Positions 55,961 to 64,000 of a stretch of 64,000 nucleotides of DNA are shown in pieces (within the stretch, counting starts at the first letter, position 1; each line of letters opens with the position of its first letter). Source of the stretch: Chrysomallon squamiferum (Eukaryota > Animalia > Mollusca); NCBI GenBank assembly GCA_012295275.1, contig CM022669.1, forward strand, positions 12,710,001 to 12,774,000, in the 5' to 3' direction. The notes under the pieces are model-generated. The model was not told where the DNA came from, searched no databases, and saw only the letters and a list, made by a program, of their open reading frames with translations. The position numbers and the translations under genes are program-made.

Positions 55961-56664
55961 GCTGATACTTCTCTTATTAATATATAACGTGGAAGTAAAT
56001 AACAGAAGATTACCATCAAATAATAGAACAACTGGATTCTTTTAAACAGTCGTGAAACTCTTATCACCGGAAAATGCCGAAGTGTTTAATAATATTAAAT
56101 TTTTATCACAACGTGCAGTTTCGAATATTACGTGCGAGGAAGGAACGCTATCAGTATTTACATACGAGCTGTTTGGCTTTTATACCAACACTTATAATGC
56201 GTGTATTCGTCCAGTAACTGCTTCGTTTCAGATTTAAAAGAAAGACATATGTGCCAGTGTGATGAGTTATTACATCGTATTTAAGAGGACTAATGCGGTA
56301 TTTACTCTAAGTTGACTTATTGCATCTTACCTGACACCCTCGTTTTCATTCGAAATGCTTTTCCTCTTCCGTTATAGTCTATGTAATTATGTCCGTCTAT
56401 CCGGCTGCATGCCTGTATGTAGGTCTATCTGTCTGTTTGTATATCTGTCAGACTTTCTCGCTGTTTCCCTGTCTTTCTCTGACTTTAAATCTCTCTGGCT
56501 GAATGTCAGTCTGTCCATCTATCTATCTACCTATCTGTCTATCCATCTATCCATCCATCCACCTATCTATCTGTCTGTTTGTTTGTCTGTCTATCTATCT
56601 ATTTCTCTGTCTCTCTATGTATCCATCTGTTTGTATGTATGTATATCTATCTAGCAAAGGTGTG

Positions 56665-56699
<35 letters not shown>

Positions 56700-57352
56700 A
56701 TGTATGTATGTATGTGTATGTGTGTGTATATTTATGTGTGTGGTGTGTGTGTATATATATATATCTGTATGTCTGTCTGTTTCTGTTTATCTTTTTATCC
56801 ATGCACTCTTTCATCCACTTTCTCTCCGTTTTTTCACCTTATATTTCCTGTATTTTGATATTTCCTTCAATCTGTCTTACCTGTCAGTATCTCTAACTTT
56901 TTCGACAACTTACGTCTTTCGTTCGAAGTCTTAATTTACTTCATTTCTCAAACTCTGAAAACATACACATATTCTGTTTAAGCATAACATAGCTGTCTGT
57001 CTTTTTGAAATTTAGACTGACGTAACGAGCTCGTTTTTTCTCGCTCTCTCTCTCTCTTTTCGTTCCATTTTCATTTCATCTTCTATATTTTTTTGTTCTT
57101 CTTCGTCTTCTTCTTCTTTTTTTTTTTTGTTATTGTTGTTGTTGTTATCAGCAGACTTTCGATTTATATGTCTGGGTCTCTGAAATGATATTTTAATCCC
57201 AACTGTTGTTTTCATAATCTGCATTTCATGATCATAATTATTATGGTAACCAACTGATCCATCCATCCGTTTCTCTGTCTTTTTCTTTATATCTTTCATT
57301 ATTTCTCTCTCCTTCCTTTCTTTCTCTCTGTGCGTTTTTGTCTGCATTTATG

Positions 57353-57504
<152 letters not shown>

Positions 57505-57850
57505 ACGCTTTAACTTGCCTCTACACATAATGCTGTAATTCTTACCACGTGTTGTTCCATGGTCCGTGAGTTTTGCTTTGCGTGTTAATCTAGGTAGAAG
57601 GACGTTTTGTTGTTTCTTCAAATAAAGAACAACTGTCTGTATAAACATTTCTTTTCCGCTAAGTGCATTAGCACAGAAAAAGAAATAGAGATGCACATGA
57701 CTCTCGTTACCAAATATTTACAGATATTATAAACAACAGAATAAGAATGAAAGCTAATAACTACCATGGTGAAACTAGACTGCAGTAAATTAGATGTGAA
57801 GCAAACAAAAGGAAAAATAAATAAATAATTAAATAAATAAACAAAAATTA

Positions 57851-57898
<48 letters not shown>

Positions 57899-58450
57899 GA
57901 TTTCCAAACGAATAAAATAATTTAAATTAAATAACTATATAATAAATAAATAAATAAATAGATAAATTCACCGCGATTAGCTGGATGATAAGCAATTATT
58001 CTTACTGTACCTAAACTATTGTTTTAAAATAAATTAAAAATAGCATTATCATATACTTTAATCAATCTATTGTTCGTGTTTTGCTGACTGCGTGTCGTCA
58101 TTTTAATGAGAAATGAACGGATAAGAAAAGAGAATTCATTTGCATTCCTCAAGGAAATAAATCAAATTAGTAAAACAAAAATAAAGTATATAACCAACGG
58201 CGTTCTGAACATCTGTTCTTCTTTTTATGCATATTGTTTTTCTTCTGTTTTTCTTTTTTTCTTTATTACATTTTATGTGTTTTATCTCTCTATATATATA
58301 ATATGTATATCTGTCTGTTTCTTTTCCTCTCTATCGCTCCTCTGCCTTTCTGTCTCTCTCTTTCGTTCCTTGTCTCCCTCTTTCTCTTTTTCTCTGTCTA
58401 TCACTCTGTCTCACTGTCTTTCTCTGTCTGTTTGTTTGTTTGTTTGTTTG

Positions 58451-58573
<123 letters not shown>

Positions 58574-59536
58574 CACTCTCTCACCCTCTCTCCCCCCTCT
58601 CTCTCATTTTTTTACAACCCGTATTTTACCGTTTTTAATTATCGTTTAGTCTTCATGTTACCCTTTCACGCGAATTTCCCTGTTACTTTACATCCCTATC
58701 AGTTCTTTGTTATCAACTTTGCACACTCTTCAAGTTTCATCAATTTCTAATGCTCCGGCAAAAGATATCGTTTTATTAACACTTCATCTTTCGACTTGAG
58801 CTGCGTTCTTTTATCGAGGACCGACCCACTATGTCCCTAGATAAGACACACTTCATCAAATGTGCATGGCCGTGCCGTGGCCGCGGCGAACACGCTTTTC
58901 ATATCGCCGCATGCTTTGCTGAATATATACAAAGCAGTTCATTAGAATGGGCCATTAAGCGTTTACAATGCTAATGTTATTACATGTACGTGTAAGTGCT
59001 TCTGAAGTATGACTCGAATATGCTCTGGGTTTTGAACAGATCCTATATCAGTATCAAAATAATTAGGTTTCATAACAAAAGTACGCTTTGGAGAATATTA
59101 TATATCGATTTCAAAAAATACCTGAAGTACTAAAGCTCGAGTGCAAGATATGATTAAACAGATAAAGCTTGCGGTAAATACTAGTGCGGGTTTATGATTT
59201 TATTTTATTTTTTACTTTATTATTTATTTTTTTTTTCCCAAGGTGATCTTGACACAGAAAGCATTTATATGTAATCTGTAAATCCAAATGTTAGTAATTA
59301 CTGATTACCATAGGTAATCGTATGGGTAGTAGCTTTATCATTAGCATTACTGGCAGGACTCACCACAGTAGTAATGGTAGTGGTTGTGTTTCTGACGACA
59401 GTAGACGTAGTAATACAGTTTAGAGGCAGCTTCTTTAACGTCATCAGTGCCTTATGCTAATTACACTATTGTGACGATCACTACTACATACATACATACA
59501 TACATACATACATACATACATACATACATACATTCA

Positions 59537-59571
<35 letters not shown>

Positions 59572-60039
59572 TCATACATTCATACAGACACATACACATA
59601 CATACGTATATATTACCTTATAAAAAAAAGAAATTTAATATACATGTATATGTGTGTGTATTATATATATATACATACACAGATACACACATGCATTCAT
59701 ACATTCACACATACATACATACATACATACATATATACATAAATACATACATTTTTTTTTTTAAATATGGTAGTAGGTAAATTTAAAATTAATTATTTGT
59801 TCAACATATCTGAGCATCTTCTATTTTTGGAAAGATAAATAATTAACTCCATTCCATATCACTCTTTCTGAGCTGTTTCTCTCGTTCCCTGAAGTGGGCG
59901 GTCTGCGAGAATGTTATAAATAGTAGTAATGGAATCATTATTGCAGTACAAATCTGTGTTTTAAAAATACTGAGCAATACTCGCTTACAGGTAAACGTAA
60001 ATATTAAATTTACAGGTGAACGTAATACAAATATTCCGT

Positions 60040-60117
60040 GGGGGAGTGTGAGGGGGAAAGGTGGAGAGTGCGGGGGGAGAGAGAGAGAGAGGGAAGGAAG
60101 TGACGAATGGCGGGAGG

Positions 60118-60186
<69 letters not shown>
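60040..60186 (+). repeat. G-rich polypurine tract followed by (GA)n
   Basis: G runs at 60040-44, 60052-56, 60072-77, 60091-93 and 60112-22, then (GA)n to 60184. Confidence 0.9.
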
Positions 60187-60187
<1 letters not shown>

Positions 60188-62320
60188 ACTCAGTACCACA
60201 AGATGAAAAATGTGAACATCAGAAGTATGAGGAAACGTTATATTTGAATTGAATTTTGCACCTGTTACTGTCTCACATATATTTTTTTTATCTTTCATTT
60301 TTTTTCTCTCTCTACCTGTTTTACATTTTATTTTATTTTATTTTTTTTCATTTTTCATTTATATTTTTCATTTTTTTTATTTTTTTTTTTTAAACAAGTT
60401 TTTAAAGTATAATATATCAATTTGACACTTGCGTATACAAAGAAAACAAAGTACTGAAATAAAATGCACTAATCAGAACCATATTTCTACACAGGTAATT
60501 ACTGAAGGGGACTGGAATGTGTGTGCCGAACAGGGCTGGAATCACAACGCCTGGAAATCCCGAGTAACCGATATCGCGGAATCTGTAGAAGTGTCAGAGA
60601 GCTTTACACTGTGACAACATTATTGGCCGAGTAACGGCAACACGCTGCAAGAACAGCGTGCCAGTCGAGTCCAAGAGATTCCACTCAGTTACAGTGAACT
60701 GCTGAAGTCGTGTTTCTTTATTTTTTTCTCTCTTTTTTTTTTTCCAGCGATATTTCACTTACGGAAAAAAAATACTGTATCATCCTTTGCCGATCAGTTT
60801 TAAGTTGGCTACCGTTAAAAAGCAAGACAGAGCTGGAAAAAGGAAACCAGAGCGAAGGCAAAACGACAAAGTGAAGGCAAAAAACAAAACATAAAAAGTA
60901 ATTTTTTTTAACAAAGTTTGCTCGTTATTATTATTATTATTCGCACTTGAGGATCCTTGCATTGAAAATAATTTGTTTAACGAGTTGAACATAGAAGTTC
61001 GCTTGGGATACAAGTGTTGATATAAAAGAATGGTTTAGAGGAAGACATTAAAATGACGGAAAAAAGGAAGGATGTGAAGATAAACACATTCTGTCTGGAA
61101 CATTAAACTTCTGTTTTCGTGCGTTGTCATTATTGAAATAATAACTGTTTCTGAACGTAAGTTTCACATCTATTTTTTTATATTTAAGGTCTACGAATAG
61201 TTTTTGTTTCTGTCAAATATAATATAAAAAAATATTTAAAATCTCAGAGATTCAATATCGTTAAACACATATCGGTACAGAATAAATTCGTTTCGGTTTT
61301 GTGAATATAACATCTGTATTTAAAGCGGTAGTTTTTTATTACTTCTATACACGAGAGAGTTGCATACTACGTTCATTTTAAACTGAAAATCCAGACTTTG
61401 TATTACAGCAACATAGATCATTATCAAACTGTTATTCTTCAAAAACACAGTGAAAACCGAGACCTAGCATTATTAAAACATACGCCTACGTTCGGTTTAA
61501 ACTGAACCTCACAGTATAACTTGCGTTTTCTTTTCTAAACCAACTGCTCACATTGTGAATCATCTGTTGGTAAAGATGTTAGATACTTTGAGTCTGAAAA
61601 CCAAATTACAAGGTTAATTCTTCTTGAGCTATATATCAACACAAGAAAAAAAAAAAAAAAAAAAAAAAAAAGAAGAAATAGAAGAAAAAATAAAAACTCA
61701 CAGAAGAAACTATACTGACCGAAACAAGAAAACAAACAGCAGAGTGCAGTGATTTCCTATTACACAAAAATTTGTACCGAAAAGTCATCGACCCAGGTTT
61801 CTTTATTTGTACAGACAAAACAAACGTATTAACAACACAGGTGTGAAAAAAAAGCATTTCACACACAATACCTACACGCGCTCTTCCCCTAGCGGAAGAA
61901 TGACGGGAATGTGCGGCAACTCTGTGCAGAACGGTCTCATCACATGGTTTTAATTAGCCGATTACTGAGTGATTTTCTCTGTGCTAGAACTTTACACATT
62001 ACACAAAACTCCCCCGAGGGATCTGCGAGGTGCCGCTGTTGTAACACTGTTCTCATGAATCGGAACCTTATCTACAAATATTTTGACTGCCAAATGGTGT
62101 TAAATTCCCAGTTAGGATAATGGATATATACCTTCTGGGGCGGATACCGTGCAGTGTGCTTTTTTCCGTCCTTCGGACTCAAAGTCACCTGTTACCGTTG
62201 TTGTATCTTCTGTGGTTTGGAATAGCGGGTAAGTCGTTATTTAATACTAAAGTGTTGTTGAATGTGTCATTAAAACAAAACATTTATTTATTTATTACTT
62301 TAACGCTATCTAGAATAATC

Positions 62321-62398
<78 letters not shown>

Positions 62399-62793
62399 TC
62401 TCTTTCTCTAACTCAAAAACAAACAAGATAAGTAAATAAATATATAAAGAATGAATAATATAAACCGAAACTCCCACAAAACGAAGAAAAAAAAAGAAAA
62501 AAAAAAGCCAGTTCTAACACAGAGAAAGAGAAGAAAGTAGAAAAATACATTACATAACCATATCTTTAGATGATAAAGATGATTTTAGATGGTAATCAGT
62601 TCCGCTTTTGCGCAGCCAGGGAAAAGTAAAATTATCGTGCTTATAACGTCCTTGAGATACACAAGGCATACAAGATCATGTAAAGCTACATTTATCAAGA
62701 TCTAGATCCACGCCTTCCTTGTATAAATAGTAGTTTTGCACTTGAATCTGCACTTGTCAGTTTTCACGAAAACGCCCGATCTCCTAACGAACG

Positions 62794-62849
62794 TGACGTC
62801 AAATAACAATTTTTCCAGTCCATATTTTAGAACAATGCTTATGACGTCA
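62794..62849. promoter_or_regulatory. Pair of full CRE palindromes (TGACGTCA) flanking two Sox-like AACAAT sites
   Basis: TGACGTCA at 62794-62801 and 62842-62849; aacaat at ~62805 and ~62831. Confidence 0.4.
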
Positions 62850-64000
62850 CAAGCTGACAATCTATGTTTATTTGGATCAATAAGGGTATTTACTTTTTTT
62901 CTGTGAGCCGAGTTAAGGTAAGATATTTACAATTTCAATAATAATAATTTATAGATTTACTTTTGCTCGTAGAGGAAACGTATTTTAACAGCTGCAGTTT
63001 CCTGTGCTCATCCTATAACCAATATATATTCCACGTGCATAACTCTATGCTCACTCAGTTATGAAAAGTAATGCAGTTTTAGAAAATTCCGATTATGTAA
63101 TGTTTTCCGGTTTTAAACCTGCATTTATTTTCGCATTCCACAAAATATTTAGAACATATCTTGTAATTTATGTAACAACAACAACAATAATAGTAAAAAA
63201 TAATGATGACAATGACGATAATAGCACCACCACCACCACCACAACCACCACAACAACAATAACAACAACAACAACAACAACAACTACAACAACCACGACA
63301 ATAACCCGTTCAACTGCTTGATAATTCTAACCTAACAGCTGACGACACATAATCAATACACCATTAAGACAAATCATTATTATTATTATTTTTTTTTTTT
63401 CTCTCTCTCTCCAAGATTCTAATTCAGTCTCAACGAAACAAGACATTGTTCTGGGTAATTCGTAATACATTACGTTTTGGCTCATTAACCTCTGTTCTGT
63501 TGGACACGTACATCCAATTTCAATTACTGCCAACAGGTAACTGTTATGTAACCCTCGGATCTTTCATTCACCCCCAAGCGACAGCTCCACCCGATCAATC
63601 ATCCGTTCAGACGATTCGACGTCTCGTTAGTGTTTATACGGATCATTAACAGATAAAGGAGACAGCGGTGATGTAAGAAATGAAAGATTTCTGGGAATTA
63701 TTTCTATCACATGCAACAGAAATGTGGTAATAAAATTTAAAAAAATAGAAATAAAAATAAAAAATAAAAAATAAAAAATGAAAAAAGAGAAGAAAATCAT
63801 TATTTTCTCTACAGGTCATCGGCGAATCGATAAATGAATCATTATGTTTAAATCCACTCATTGATTTATTTAATATACACGTATGGAAAACCTGATGGCG
63901 TGGTGTAATGTAAATAATTAAATCGCGGTTATGTCGTCGTCATCGCTGTTTGAGACTGACGTGTCTTTGTTTGACTGTCTGTGTGTTTGTGTATCTTGAC

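Noticed and set aside
56320-56340. Resemblance to miR-8/200 (catcttacctgaca)
   Set aside because: Partial match only, with no partner arm or hairpin. I recognised no conserved bilaterian miRNA in the window.

Overview
AT-rich, extremely microsatellite-rich animal (eukaryotic) genomic DNA, probably a mollusc (inferred from a Meta-domain-like SINE fragment; the sequence alone does not prove the organism). The only protein-coding sequence I can support is the 3' end of a spliced REEP5/6 (TB2/DP1/HVA22) gene on the + strand: three exons at 241-379, 1065-1209 and 1746-1813, followed by its 3' UTR. The remaining ~62 kb looks like a gene desert. Simple-sequence repeats alternate every ~1-1.5 kb with short, CpG-retaining, high-complexity non-coding islands that look enhancer-like. 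Scattered through it are transposon relics (a Tigger/pogo fragment, a heavily decayed LINE reverse transcriptase, tRNA-derived SINE heads), two adjacent minisatellites and several local duplications. Almost all ORFs in the supplied track are microsatellite translations or chance ORFs. I found no convincing new protein-coding system. The best leads are non-coding: a sharp CpG boundary at the gene end, the island/SSR architecture, an in-frame cryptic acceptor in REEP5, a TTAA-bounded hairpin and a double-CRE module. Family assignments come from recalled consensus motifs, not from database searches.
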